Positions 27,826 to 38,587 of a stretch of 64,000 nucleotides of DNA are shown one piece after another. Origin of the DNA: Oscillospiraceae bacterium (GTDB lineage: Bacteria > Bacillota > Clostridia > Oscillospirales > Ruminococcaceae); contig JAHHTZ010000008.1 of the NCBI GenBank assembly GCA_020024285.1, forward strand, positions 281-64,280, read 5' to 3'. The position numbers and the translations under genes are program-made. Every line of letters begins with the position of its first letter. The stretch's first letter is position 1. The notes beneath the pieces were generated by a model. The model did not search any database. It was not told the origin of the DNA and saw only the letters and a list, made by a program, of their open reading frames with translations.

Positions 27826-29043
27826 ATGAAAGCATACGAAAGATTACTCCGCTATGTCACGATCAAAACACCTTGCGACGAAGGCTGCGACGCTACCCCA
27901 AGCTCAAAGGCTCAGTTCGAGCTGGCAAAGGTGCTGTACGACGAGCTTAAAGCACTGGGCGTAGAGGACGTTACCCTCACCGATCACTGCTTTGTTTACG
28001 CAAAGATCCCTGCAACGAAGGGACTCGAAAACAAGACGAAGATCGGCTTCATCGCGCATATGGACACCGTTCCGGAATTTTGTGAAAACGAGATCCGCCC
28101 CGTGATCACAGAAAACTATAACGGCGAGGATCTCCCGCTTGGAACGAGCGGTCGTGTCCTGCGCGTGAAGGATTTCCCGCATCTGCCCTCCCTCAAGGGA
28201 AGGACGCTCATCACCTCCGATGGCACCACCATCCTCGGCGTGGACGACAAAGCAGGAATTTCTGAAATCATGACGATGGTTGAGCGCCTCAAAGAGGAAA
28301 ACATCGCGCACGGTCCGCTGCGGATCGCCTTCACACCGGACGAAGAGAAGGGCACCGGCGCAAACTCCTTCGATATCGACTTCTTCGATGCCGATTATGC
28401 ATACACCCTCGACGGCGACACGGAGGGCGAGATCCAGTATCAGAACTTCAACGCCTGCGAAGCCATCTTTGAAGTAAACGGCGTCAATGTTCATCCGGGC
28501 TCGGCTAAGGATGTGATGATCAACGCCGTTCTCGTAGCCTGCGAAATCAACAATATGCTCCCCGGCTGCGAAACACCAAGACATACTTCCGAATACGAGG
28601 GCTTCTATCATCTTTTGAGCATCCATGGCGACGAAGGCTTTGCAAAATCGGAATATATCATCCGCGACCACGACGAACATTCCTTTGCGGCAAGAAAAGC
28701 CACCCTGCGCCACATCGAAAAAATTATGAACGAAACATGGGGCGAGGGGACGGTAAAGCTCACCATCAACGACGAATACCGCAACATGGAGTGCATCGTG
28801 GAACAGTGCATGCAGCTGATTGAGAATGCAAAAGAGGCTGCAAAGGAAGTCGGCATCGAGCCGCTCGTTTGCCCGATCCGCGGCGGTACGGACGGCTGCA
28901 AGCTCTCCTTCCGCGGTCTGCCCTGCCCGAACCTCGGCGTAGGCGGTCATGGCTACCACGGTCCATACGAGCACGCTACCGCAGAGGGTATGGACAAAGC
29001 AACCGACATGACCGTTGCTCTTGTTAAGATCTTCGCAAAATAA
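27826..29043 (+). CDS. pepT: peptidase T (tripeptide aminopeptidase, M20B)
   Basis: N-terminus MKAYERLLRYV.I.T, plus IGFIAHMDTVPE and the GVDDKAG motif. 405 aa. Confidence 0.9.
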   Translation: MKAYERLLRYVTIKTPCDEGCDATPSSKAQFELAKVLYDELKALGVEDVTLTDHCFVYAKIPATKGLENKTKIGFIAHMDTVPEFCENEIRPVITENYNGEDLPLGTSGRVLRVKDFPHLPSLKGRTLITSDGTTILGVDDKAGISEIMTMVERLKEENIAHGPLRIAFTPDEEKGTGANSFDIDFFDADYAYTLDGDTEGEIQYQNFNACEAIFEVNGVNVHPGSAKDVMINAVLVACEINNMLPGCETPRHTSEYEGFYHLLSIHGDEGFAKSEYIIRDHDEHSFAARKATLRHIEKIMNETWGEGTVKLTINDEYRNMECIVEQCMQLIENAKEAAKEVGIEPLVCPIRGGTDGCKLSFRGLPCPNLGVGGHGYHGPYEHATAEGMDKATDMTVALVKIFAK

Positions 29044-29062
29044 TCGACCCAATCAAAGCACA

Positions 29063-29094
29063 AAAGGCAGTCAGGGAATCTGACTGCCTTTTGT
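29063..29094. terminator. bidirectional terminator
   Basis: Hairpin aaaggcagtcag-ggaat-ctgactgccttt followed by TT. Confidence 0.7.
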
Positions 29095-29288
29095 TATCTC
29101 CTCTTTTTTGGGGAAGGATCGAAACACAGCGCGAAAAATTCAGGATACCAAATATTTCTCCCAAAAAATTTACCGATAGAAAAAAGATTCGGATTCGTTT
29201 TCGCACAAAGTGGGAAAAATCAAACAGGATGCCGTGCGTTTTATCAAAGCACGGATTGTATCAATACTTCCTTTTATGAGAAATTATT

Positions 29289-30740
29289 CTATTTGCATTC
29301 CTTGAGCACTTCAAGCAGGAAGTCCCAAACGCGCTTTACCGAGTCGAGATCCATCGACTCATCCGGGGTATGAACATCTCTCAGGTCCGGCCCGATGGAG
29401 ATGCAGTCGAGGTTTTCGACCTTCTGTGTGAACATTCCGCACTCCAGTCCCGCATGGATGGCTTCGATGACAGGCTCTTTGCCGTACTGCTTTTTGAATA
29501 CGGAGATCATCAGGTCCTTGAGCGGAGATTCTGCCTTGTATTCCCAGCCCGGATAGTAGCCGTCAAAGGTGGTCGTGCCGCCGAAGGAAGCTGCCGTACC
29601 TGCAACCTTGTCCGCAAGGAAGTAGATCCTGCTGTCCACGGCACTTCGGATGCCGGCGGTGAGGCGCAGGGAGCCTTCCTCTGTTTTGAGGACACCGAGG
29701 TTCAGGGAGGATTCTACGAGTCCGGGAATCTCCATGCTCATGGCGTAGATGCCCTGTGGGTAGATGAGCAGGATGCTGTAAACGCGGAAGGTGGTGTCTT
29801 TGTCGAAGGCGCGGACCTCCTGCTTGCCCTGAGGCTGTGCCGTGATCTCAACGGCTGGGTCGGTCACCTTGCATTCGTGCGCCACCGTGCTGTGGATGCG
29901 CTCGATGATGGAAAGAACCTTCTTTGCCTGTGCACCGCAGGGAACCACGATGGTTGCAGCGCATTCCTTGGTGATGACGTTGTCCGCGTTGCCGCCGTTG
30001 ATCGTTACGATACGGAAGGACACTTCCTTTGCAAGCTCGTACAAAACGCGTCCCATCAGAATATTGGCGTTAAGACGCTCTTTGTTGATCTCGCCGCCGG
30101 AATGTCCGCCCTGAAGTCCGCTGACCTTCAGCTCGAACACCTCGCCGGACCGCGTTTCGTAGGAGAGCGGGAGGGAGCTTTGCGCGGTGATGCCGCCTGC
30201 GCAGCTTACGGTGAAGATGCCCTCCTCCTCGGAGTCGAGGTTGATGAGCTTTCTTGATTTGAGCATGGAAATATCGATTGCCTCTGCACCGAAGAGGCCC
30301 GTTTCTTCATCGGTTGTAAAGATGCATTCGAGCCGTGGATGCTCAATGTCGCTGCTGTCCAGCAGAGCCATCTCCATTGCGACGGCGATGCCGTTGTCTG
30401 CGCCGAGTGTGGTGCCGTCTGCTGTGAGGATCGATCCGTTGAGCTTGAGCCGGAGCGGGTCCTTTGTGAAGTCGTGGTTTGATTCCTTCACTTTTTCGCA
30501 CACCATGTCCATATGACCCTGAAGCATGATCGGTTCTGCGTTTTCATATCCTTTGGTAGCTTCTTTGATGATGATAACATTGTTGGATGCATCCTGAATC
30601 ACCTCGAGCTTGCGCTGCTTTGCAAATGCTACAAGGTGGTCGCTGAGTGCCTTTTCGTTTTTGGAGCCGTGCGGGATCTCGCAGATTTCTTCAAAAAATC
30701 CAAGCACGTTTTTCGGTTCGATCTGATCTAAAATTCTCAT
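29289..30740 (-). CDS. pepD: aminoacyl-histidine dipeptidase (Xaa-His dipeptidase, M20C)
   Basis: N-terminus ...EPKNVLGFFEEICEIPHGSKNEKALSDHL.... Also GHMDMV and TLGADNGIAVA. 483 aa. Confidence 0.9.
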   Translation of the reverse strand: MRILDQIEPKNVLGFFEEICEIPHGSKNEKALSDHLVAFAKQRKLEVIQDASNNVIIIKEATKGYENAEPIMLQGHMDMVCEKVKESNHDFTKDPLRLKLNGSILTADGTTLGADNGIAVAMEMALLDSSDIEHPRLECIFTTDEETGLFGAEAIDISMLKSRKLINLDSEEEGIFTVSCAGGITAQSSLPLSYETRSGEVFELKVSGLQGGHSGGEINKERLNANILMGRVLYELAKEVSFRIVTINGGNADNVITKECAATIVVPCGAQAKKVLSIIERIHSTVAHECKVTDPAVEITAQPQGKQEVRAFDKDTTFRVYSILLIYPQGIYAMSMEIPGLVESSLNLGVLKTEEGSLRLTAGIRSAVDSRIYFLADKVAGTAASFGGTTTFDGYYPGWEYKAESPLKDLMISVFKKQYGKEPVIEAIHAGLECGMFTQKVENLDCISIGPDLRDVHTPDESMDLDSVKRVWDFLLEVLKECK

Positions 30741-31064
30741 GGTAAGAGCACCTCCGTCAATGATTTGAATGAGCTGGGAACTATTATTTTACAATAAGAA
30801 ATAATGAATAAAAAAGGCAAAAAATCCCCAATCTCATTACAGATATTATTTTAACACAAATGTGCAAAAAGTTCAACGAATTTTGTAATACATAAAATAT
30901 TTTCAATTTTTACCAGGAATATTCCGGGAGTTTTTGGGATATAATACAAAATATCCGAGGTTTCTTGTTGACTTACTGACAGCGATATGTTATGTTTGTA
31001 TAGGGGTATCCCGGAAGCAGAAATATTGCATAAAAAAATTTGTGCGAATTATGGGGAGGTACTT

Positions 31065-32570
31065 ATGTCTACTACAAAGAAAAAACTCTCGTTTCCGTCG
31101 GCAATCACGGTGCTGTTTATCGTATTGATTTTGGCAGCATTGCTGACCTACATGGTCCCGGCGGGCAAATACGCAAAAATGATCTATGATGCAGATGCAA
31201 ACGTATTTGAGATCACATCACCATCCGGTGAAGTTACCACCATGCCGCCGACGCAGGAAACGCTGGACACCCTGGGTGTGACCGGCAGCCTTGACAAATT
31301 CCTCGACGGAAGCCTGCACAAGCCGGTTGCCATCCCTGGAAGCTACGAGCGGGTTGCACAGCAGCCGCAGGGCTTCTTTGAAACCATCAAATCACCTGTT
31401 TCCGGTATCTATGAAACCATCGACATCATCCTGTTTGTCTTTATCCTCGGCGGCATCATCGGTGTGCTCAACCACATGGGCGCATTCAGCGCCGGCATCG
31501 GTGCCCTGTCGAAGATCACAAAGGGCAAGGAGTTTATCCTCATCATCTTCATCACCACCCTGATCGCCGCAGGCGGCACCACATTCGGGCTTGCGGAGGA
31601 AACCATCGCACTCTACCCGATCATGGTTCCTGTATTCCTCGCAGCAGGGTATGATGCGATCACCTGTATCGCGTCGATCTACCTCGGCTCGTGCATCGGT
31701 ACCATGTTCTCCACCATCAACCCGTTCTCCATCGGGGTTGCGTCCAACGCTGCCGGCATCAGCATGGCAAACGGGATGGGCTTTCGAACCGTCGGCTTGA
31801 TCGGTGCCACTGCCCTCACGATCATCTATATCCTTATTTATGCGAAAAAGGTAAAAGCAGATCCGAGCAAATCCCTCTGCTATGACCAGCTGCAGGAACA
31901 TCAGAAAAAATACGGCATCGCAGGGGAAGCTCCGAAATTTACAGGCAGAATGAAGCTGTCGCTCATGATCTTCGGTCTTACCTTCGCCGTTCTTGTCTGG
32001 GGTCTTGTTTCCCAGCACTGGTGGTTCGACTCCATGACTGCGCTTTTCCTCGGATGCAGCATCCTTCTCGCATTCGTCACCGGCATCCCGGAAAAAGATT
32101 ATGTTGACCAGTTTATCGCAGGTGCAGGCGACCTCATGGGTGTTGCCCTCGTTGTAGGCGTTGCCCGTGCGGTGAATATCCTGCTCGAAAACGGTCTGGT
32201 ATCCGATACCATCCTCAACTTCTTCTCCAATTCCATCGCAGGCATCAATCCGGTGCTCTTCATCGTTTTGATGATGCTGGTGTTTATCGTTCTGGGCTTC
32301 TTCATCAACTCCTCCTCCGGTCTTGCCACCCTGTCCATCCCAATCATGGCACCGCTGGCAACCGCAGTCGGTGTCAACAGAGAGGTCATCATCTCCGCCT
32401 ATGTATTCGGTCAGGGTCTGATTTCCTTCATCACCCCAACCGGCTTGATTTTGGCAACTCTTGCAATGGTCGATATTTCCTTTGACAAATGGCTCAAATT
32501 CGTTATGCCGATCATGGGCATCATCGCTGGATTCAGCGGAATCCTCTTAGTTGTACAGGTTTTGGTATAA
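31065..32570 (+). CDS. YfcC-family (DcuC-like/C4-dicarboxylate anaerobic carrier-type) transporter
   Basis: MSTTKKKLSFPSAITVLFIVLILAALLTYMVPAGKY... and a polytopic topology typical of YfcC proteins. GGGGAGG RBS. Confidence 0.8.
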   Translation: MSTTKKKLSFPSAITVLFIVLILAALLTYMVPAGKYAKMIYDADANVFEITSPSGEVTTMPPTQETLDTLGVTGSLDKFLDGSLHKPVAIPGSYERVAQQPQGFFETIKSPVSGIYETIDIILFVFILGGIIGVLNHMGAFSAGIGALSKITKGKEFILIIFITTLIAAGGTTFGLAEETIALYPIMVPVFLAAGYDAITCIASIYLGSCIGTMFSTINPFSIGVASNAAGISMANGMGFRTVGLIGATALTIIYILIYAKKVKADPSKSLCYDQLQEHQKKYGIAGEAPKFTGRMKLSLMIFGLTFAVLVWGLVSQHWWFDSMTALFLGCSILLAFVTGIPEKDYVDQFIAGAGDLMGVALVVGVARAVNILLENGLVSDTILNFFSNSIAGINPVLFIVLMMLVFIVLGFFINSSSGLATLSIPIMAPLATAVGVNREVIISAYVFGQGLISFITPTGLILATLAMVDISFDKWLKFVMPIMGIIAGFSGILLVVQVLV

Positions 32571-32577
32571 CGCACTC

Positions 32578-32616
32578 AAAAACCTCTGCCGCACAGCGAT
32601 GCGGCAGAGGTTTTTT
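32578..32616 (+). terminator. rho-independent terminator
   Basis: Hairpin aacctctgccgca / tgcggcagaggtt followed by a T6 run. Confidence 0.75.
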
Positions 32617-32760
32617 GTATTGACTTGCTTTTTTTCAATGATATAATAGGAACATAAACAGAAAACTGCGGGATTTTCTGCCGTATTGTTGTAACAAATG
32701 CTTAAAAGCAGCGGCAGCAGACCCCGCAAAAAATCTTGCAGGGGAAGGAAGTTTTTAACA

Positions 32761-34551
32761 ATGAAATCAGTGAAAGAACGCCTGAGCGCGCTGCGCGCTG
32801 CGATGGCACAGGCAAACTGTGATGCATATATCATGCCGACGAGCGACCCGCACGCCAGCGAATATGTTCCGGCGCATTTTACGACATGGGAATATTTTTC
32901 CGGATTTTACTGCGAAAATGCAAACCTTGTTGTGACAGCAGACGAAGCTGCCATGTGGGTGGATGGAAGATTCTTCGGTGCAGCGGACACCGCCTTGCAG
33001 GGCACCGGCATCGAGAGCATGCACATGGGCGTGAAGGGCGTGCCGACGGTGGACGCGTGGCTCAAGGAGCATCTGGGCAAGGGGAAGGTGCTGGGCTGCT
33101 GCGCGCAGACCATGCCGCTGAGTCAGTCACGCAAGCTCGAAAAGACCTGCGAATCGGTGGGCGCATCCTTGCAGGATCTTCCGCAGATCATCGACGACGT
33201 GTGGGGAGAGGATCGCCCCGCGCTGCCTGCAACGCCTGTTTGGACGCTTGACGTCAAATATTCCGGCAGAACAGCCAAGGAAAAGCTCGCCATCCTGCGC
33301 GGGAAGCTGGCGGAGAAAACATGCACCGCTATGGTCATCACACGCCTTGACAGCATCGCATGGCTCCTCAACCTGCGCGCATCCGACGTGGAAGATACTC
33401 CGTATGCGCTCGCGTTCTGCTATGTGGACGAAGAACACGCAGTCCTCTTTCTCGACGAAAGCCGTGTGCCCCAGTCGGTGAAGGAGGAGCTGGGACGTGC
33501 AAAGGTGGAGCTTCGCGCTTATGAAGCAATGCCCTCCTACCTTGCAGCAGTACAGAAGGATGAAACCGTCCTCATCGATGCCGAGAGCCTCAACGCCTCG
33601 CTCTACCATGCGGTATGCGGCAATCCGCACTACACCGTGGTGGAAGCAGACGACCCGATCGTGATGCTCAAAGCAATCAAAAACGATACGGAGCTTTCCT
33701 GCACCCGTCAGGCACACCTCAACGACGCCGTTGCAATGGTGCGCTTTCAGATGGAGCTGGAGGAATGCCTCAAGAACAAAAAATCCCTGCGCGAAACCGA
33801 CATCGACACCATCCTGCACAAATACCGCAGCAGCAACGAGAACTTCCTGACGGAGAGCTTCCCGACCATCGCCGCCTACGGAGCGAATGCCGCAATGATG
33901 CACTATGCGCCGAAGGTGGGGAGCGATGCCGCCATCGAGAACAAGGGCTTCCTCCTTGTGGACAGCGGTGCGACCTATTATGACGGGACCACCGACATCA
34001 CACGCACCTACCCCGTGGGCGAGGTATCCGAGGAGGAAAAGCTCGCCTACACCCGCGTGCTGCGCGCGCACATCGATATTGCGATGGCAGTATGGCTCGA
34101 GGGCGCAACCGGCGGCGAGCTTGATATGATCGCGCGCCAGCCGCTGTGGCGCCACATGATCGACTACCGCTGCGGCACAGGACACGGCGTTGCCCATGTC
34201 GGAACCGTCCACGAGGACCCGCAGCAGATCCGCCCGCACAACAAGATCGTGTTTGAGCCGGGAATGGTCATCACCGACGAACCGGGCATCTATGAGGAAG
34301 GCATCGTCGGCGTGCGCATCGAAAACGAGCTTCTCTGCACGCAGGCAGGCGAAAACCAGTACGGAAAATTCCTGCGCTTTGAGCCGATCACCTACGTTCC
34401 GATCGCAGTGAGCTGCGTCCTCCTCGACGAGCTGACCCGTGAGGAAAAAGCATGGCTCAACGAGTATCATGCACAGGTACTCGAAAAGCTCAGTCTGCTC
34501 CTTCGCGAGGAGGAATGCGCCTGGCTTCGTGAAAAGTGCGCTGCCATCTAA
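32761..34551 (+). CDS. Xaa-Pro aminopeptidase (aminopeptidase P family, M24B)
   Basis: N-terminus MKSVKERLSALRAAM...DAYIMPTSDPHASEY. M24 metal-ligand region DSGATYYDGTTDITRT, GTGHGVAHVG and EPGIYEEG..GVRIEN. Confidence 0.9.
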   Translation: MKSVKERLSALRAAMAQANCDAYIMPTSDPHASEYVPAHFTTWEYFSGFYCENANLVVTADEAAMWVDGRFFGAADTALQGTGIESMHMGVKGVPTVDAWLKEHLGKGKVLGCCAQTMPLSQSRKLEKTCESVGASLQDLPQIIDDVWGEDRPALPATPVWTLDVKYSGRTAKEKLAILRGKLAEKTCTAMVITRLDSIAWLLNLRASDVEDTPYALAFCYVDEEHAVLFLDESRVPQSVKEELGRAKVELRAYEAMPSYLAAVQKDETVLIDAESLNASLYHAVCGNPHYTVVEADDPIVMLKAIKNDTELSCTRQAHLNDAVAMVRFQMELEECLKNKKSLRETDIDTILHKYRSSNENFLTESFPTIAAYGANAAMMHYAPKVGSDAAIENKGFLLVDSGATYYDGTTDITRTYPVGEVSEEEKLAYTRVLRAHIDIAMAVWLEGATGGELDMIARQPLWRHMIDYRCGTGHGVAHVGTVHEDPQQIRPHNKIVFEPGMVITDEPGIYEEGIVGVRIENELLCTQAGENQYGKFLRFEPITYVPIAVSCVLLDELTREEKAWLNEYHAQVLEKLSLLLREEECAWLREKCAAI

Positions 34552-34554
34552 TAA

Positions 34555-34589
34555 AAAACGGAGTGTATCGCATCGATACACTCCGTTTT
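34555..34589. terminator. bidirectional terminator
   Basis: Hairpin aaaacggagtgtatcg / cgatacactccgtttt between convergent genes. Confidence 0.75.
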
Positions 34590-34606
34590 GGCATGTTGGG
34601 GAAAGG

Positions 34607-35683
34607 TCAGCTGTTTTTGATGTGCAGGGTCTGGGTCGGGAAGGCGAAGGAGCAGCCTTCTTCCTCCACGATCTTCATGACTTCGAGGTTCACGGCTTCC
34701 TTCACCTTCTGATAGGGCGCGAAGGCTGTTTCCGTGGAAAAATAGAGAATGGAGATTTCAAGGCTCGAATCGAGGAAGGCGTTGAAGTTCACCACGGCGC
34801 TGCCCGGCACCACGCCTTCATGATCCTGAAGCAGCTCCTCAATGCGCGCAACACAGCGGCGCAGCTGTTCGCTCGTGGTGCCGTATTCTACCCCCACCGA
34901 GAAGGTGACGCGGCGTTTTTCCATGCGGCTCCAGTTGGTGATGGGCTGGCTTGTGAGGGTGGAGTTTGGCACCACGACCTGTGCATTTGTGAAGGTGCGG
35001 ATGCGTGTGCTGCGAAAGGTGATGTCCTCCACAACGCCCTCGATGGTCGGGGTCTGAATCCAGTCCTCCACGGAGAACGGGCGGTCAAGCAGGATCACAA
35101 GTCCGCTGAACAGATTGGATGCGGTGTCCTGTGCAGCAAGGGCGAAGGTCAGACCGCCAAGTCCAAGACCGGTGATGAGTGCGGTGACTTCGACGCCTGC
35201 CTCCGAGAGCATGATGATGACGGCGAATGCCACGATCAGCACCTTGACCGCCTTGTTGAGGAAGGTGATGAGTGTCTTGCTCAGGTTTACATTGAGCTGC
35301 TCGCCAATGGTTTGATTGGCACTGAACACCCACTTTGACGCCGAATCCCAAAAGCGCAGCAGCACCCAGGTGATAAGGGCGATGATGGCGATGCGAAAGG
35401 CGTGGTTGACAAGCGGATAGCCGTATACGCCGAGGATGCTCAGGGCAAGATATGCCCCAAAAAGCGCGAACATGGAGTGGCAGGGGACAAGGGTCTGCTT
35501 GATGTCATCGAGCGAGATCCACTCTTTGCGGTGGCAGAGGATGCGGTGGAGGATCTTCGCAATCAGGCTTGTGAGGCGCTGCTTGAGCCCCCACAGTGCC
35601 AAAAATACAAGGACAGCAGCACCGATGCGGATGAAAAACAGATATTCAAGCAAAAATTCGGGGATGAGCGATTCAAAGAACAT
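34607..35683 (-). CDS. mechanosensitive ion channel (MscS family)
   Basis: Pore and beta-domain signature ALITGLGLGGLTFALAAQDTASNLFSGLVILLDRPFSVEDWI...EGVVEDITFRSTRIRT. GAGAGGAG RBS before the ATG at 35683. Confidence 0.85.
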   Translation of the reverse strand: MFFESLIPEFLLEYLFFIRIGAAVLVFLALWGLKQRLTSLIAKILHRILCHRKEWISLDDIKQTLVPCHSMFALFGAYLALSILGVYGYPLVNHAFRIAIIALITWVLLRFWDSASKWVFSANQTIGEQLNVNLSKTLITFLNKAVKVLIVAFAVIIMLSEAGVEVTALITGLGLGGLTFALAAQDTASNLFSGLVILLDRPFSVEDWIQTPTIEGVVEDITFRSTRIRTFTNAQVVVPNSTLTSQPITNWSRMEKRRVTFSVGVEYGTTSEQLRRCVARIEELLQDHEGVVPGSAVVNFNAFLDSSLEISILYFSTETAFAPYQKVKEAVNLEVMKIVEEEGCSFAFPTQTLHIKNS

Positions 35684-35825
35684 AAAAAAACTCCTCTCAT
35701 TGATGGATGGGGACGACCCCAACCCATTATACGGCATTCTATGAGAAAAACAAGATGGTAAAAAGCAAAAACGGATGGGGGAATCCCCATCCGTTTTGCA
35801 TCAGCGCGTCAGAAAACGGGGTCTG

Positions 35826-36833
35826 TTATTTTTCCTTCGGAGCATCCTGCTTCGGTTCGCTCGGCGCACCGGCGGGCGGATTCTTCTTTGGAGCAGGGGG
35901 AAGCTTCGCTTTTTTGCGGCGCAGCTTGCGGATCAGCAGGACAATCAGGACGATCACAACTGCAACGATCAGCAGGATCGGGCTGTCTGCAATCAGGAAG
36001 ATCAAAAATTCCTCCGCAAAGATGCGGATGCGGTAGAGAGAATCCCGGAAGCCGGAGGAAATGCGCTCGCCGAATGTTTCGGAGCTGACGTCGCTCATCC
36101 TCTTTACCTCATGGACGCTGAGGGTGACAGTGCTGTAATCGATGAGATCGTCGTAGCGGCGCAGGGTGGAGGCATAGCCATCGAGCTGGTAATGCAGCTC
36201 GGACAGGCGCGCTTCCAGCTGGATGATATCTTCAAGCCGGGTCGCCTGCTTGAGCAGCTCGAGGAGCTTTTGCTCTTCAAGCTCGAGGGTTTGCTTGCGC
36301 GCCTCGTTGTCGGCGTAATCGAGGGTGATGTTTTCGCTCCATTTGCTGGTGTCTGTCACATTGCCGATGGTGCCGACCTGATTGAGGAACGCGTCAAGAT
36401 TTTTTGTCGGGATGCGCACGGTGTAGCTGCCGCCGCGCGCCATGTTCTGACCATTGAGTCGCTTGCCGCCGTAGGTTTCGGAGCTTTCGATAAAGCCCTC
36501 ATATTCCTTGACGGATTCGTTCATCTTTTCGATGAGCTCGTCGTAGTTGAGGGTTTCGACACTGACGCTGGCGCGCCAGATGAGCTTGATGTTTTTTTCC
36601 TGCATCGGCTCCATCGGTGCGGCGGAATCGATGCCCATGCCGCGATCCCCGTCGGGGGTGCCTTCACCCGGCGGCGCAGCCGGTGCAGCGGAATCCATCA
36701 TCGACTCGCTGCTTTCCGGCATTGCCTCATTTTTGCTCATGTCCATGCCCGACGATGCGCCGCAGGCACTGAGCATCAGGCACAGCGCAAGGGTAAGGGC
36801 GGCAAGAGAAGAAGTAAACGACCGTTTCATCAT
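35826..36833 (-). CDS. DUF4349-domain lipoprotein
   Basis: Lipobox (LMLSAC), a central coiled-coil, and a C-terminal TM helix plus basic tail. AAGGAGG RBS. Family name is from memory. Confidence 0.75.
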   Translation of the reverse strand: MMKRSFTSSLAALTLALCLMLSACGASSGMDMSKNEAMPESSESMMDSAAPAAPPGEGTPDGDRGMGIDSAAPMEPMQEKNIKLIWRASVSVETLNYDELIEKMNESVKEYEGFIESSETYGGKRLNGQNMARGGSYTVRIPTKNLDAFLNQVGTIGNVTDTSKWSENITLDYADNEARKQTLELEEQKLLELLKQATRLEDIIQLEARLSELHYQLDGYASTLRRYDDLIDYSTVTLSVHEVKRMSDVSSETFGERISSGFRDSLYRIRIFAEEFLIFLIADSPILLIVAVVIVLIVLLIRKLRRKKAKLPPAPKKNPPAGAPSEPKQDAPKEK

Positions 36834-37096
36834 AGAACCTCCTTATCAACCGTTTGTTTTTTGCGGGAGCGTCCTGCAAAGGGGCGCTCCGGCGGGATTT
36901 TCGGTACTGATTTCACTTTAATAGTATCATATCGGGGAGATATTACTTCACAAAAAGAAAATAATTGGAGGATGATACAAAAGTTTTCGGAAAATTTATA
37001 CATTACAAATCAAAAAGTCCGGCAGCAATCTACACAAAAGGGAAATAATAGTGTATTATTTAAAAGCAGAAAAAACGTGCGAAGGAGGAAGCGTCC

Positions 37097-38572
37097 ATGA
37101 GAGCAAGCGGAATTTTAATGCACATCAGCAGTCTGCCCCAGTCCTGCGGGATCGGCACCCTCGGGCGGGAAGCGTACCGCTTTGTGGATTTTTTGCAGCA
37201 GTCCCACCAGAAATATTGGCAGGTGCTGCCGCTGTGTCCGACGGAGGAAGGGGATTCGCCCTATCAGTCGAGCTGTGTGTTCGCCGGAAACCCCTATTTC
37301 ATCGACCTTGACTTTTTGCAGAAGGAAGGGCTTTTGCTCAAGGAGGAAATCGAGGGGAGCTGGGGGGACGATGCGCAGCAGGTGGATTTTGAGCTGCTGC
37401 GCCGGAGAAGGCTCCCCGTGCTGTATCGGGCATATCAGCGCTTTCGCCCGAACGCAGGATACCGCCGCTTTTGCCGCCTGAATGAAGGCTGGCTTTGCGA
37501 CTACGCCCTCTTCTGCGCCCTGCGCGAGCAGTACGGCGCCCCGTGGACCGCATGGAGCGAGCCGCTTCGCACACGCGATAAAAAGGCGCTCAAACAGGCA
37601 TCGGAGGAGCTTGTTTTACACATCGATTTTTATAAATTTTTGCAGTTTAAGTTCTATGAGCAGTGGGGCTATCTCAAGCGGTATGCCAACCGCCACGGCA
37701 TCAAAATCATCGGGGATCTGCCCATCTATGTGGCGGCGGACAGCTGCGACGTCTGGGCAAATCAGGAGCTGTTTTGGCTCGATTCGGACGGCTGCCCCAC
37801 CGCTGTGGCAGGCTGTCCGCCCGATGCGTTTTCGGCTGAGGGGCAGCTGTGGAACAATCCGCTCTACCGCTGGGACCGCATGAAGCGATCGGGCTATCGC
37901 TTTTGGGTGGAGCGGGTGCGTCAGGCGCAGACGCTCTTCGATGTCATCCGCATCGACCACTTCCGCGGACTGGAGAGCTATTATTCCATCCCGGCAGGCG
38001 ATCCCACCGCCGAGCACGGACACTGGGAAAAGGGTCCCGGTGTGCGCCTGTTCCGCGCCATCGAGCGCAAACTCGGCAGGGTGGAGTTTTTGGCGGAGGA
38101 CCTCGGGATGCTCACCCCGCAGGTGCACGAGCTGAGAGAGCGGCTTAAAATGCCGGGGATGCGCATCTTGCAGTTTGCCTTTTCGCTCGATGAGGAGAGC
38201 ACCTACCTTCCGCACAACTGCATCGAAAATACCGTAGTATATACAGGAACACACGACAATAACACGGCGCTTGGCTGGTTTGACAGCCTGAGCGCGCCGG
38301 AGCAGCAGTTTGTCCTGCGCTATATCCGTGCGAAAGACCGCAGCGAACTGAGCTGGGCACTCATCGGGGCGGCATGGGGCAGCACGGCACAGCTTGCCGT
38401 TGCGCAGATGCAGGATGTGCTCGACCTTGGGGCGCAGGCGCGGATGAATACCCCTGCCACCGTGGGTCAAAACTGGAAATGGCGGATGCTGCCGGGGGCG
38501 GCAGATTGTTCGCTTGCCCATCGGCTTGCAGAGCTTACCGATCTGTATTTTCGCAGCAGGAACGAGAGATAG
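37097..38572 (+). CDS. malQ: 4-alpha-glucanotransferase (amylomaltase, GH77)
   Basis: N-terminus RASGILMHISSLP. Also DLPIYVA.DS.DVW and IRIDHFRG motifs. Confidence 0.92.
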   Translation: MRASGILMHISSLPQSCGIGTLGREAYRFVDFLQQSHQKYWQVLPLCPTEEGDSPYQSSCVFAGNPYFIDLDFLQKEGLLLKEEIEGSWGDDAQQVDFELLRRRRLPVLYRAYQRFRPNAGYRRFCRLNEGWLCDYALFCALREQYGAPWTAWSEPLRTRDKKALKQASEELVLHIDFYKFLQFKFYEQWGYLKRYANRHGIKIIGDLPIYVAADSCDVWANQELFWLDSDGCPTAVAGCPPDAFSAEGQLWNNPLYRWDRMKRSGYRFWVERVRQAQTLFDVIRIDHFRGLESYYSIPAGDPTAEHGHWEKGPGVRLFRAIERKLGRVEFLAEDLGMLTPQVHELRERLKMPGMRILQFAFSLDEESTYLPHNCIENTVVYTGTHDNNTALGWFDSLSAPEQQFVLRYIRAKDRSELSWALIGAAWGSTAQLAVAQMQDVLDLGAQARMNTPATVGQNWKWRMLPGAADCSLAHRLAELTDLYFRSRNER

Positions 38573-38587
38573 AGGAGGGACCTTCCA

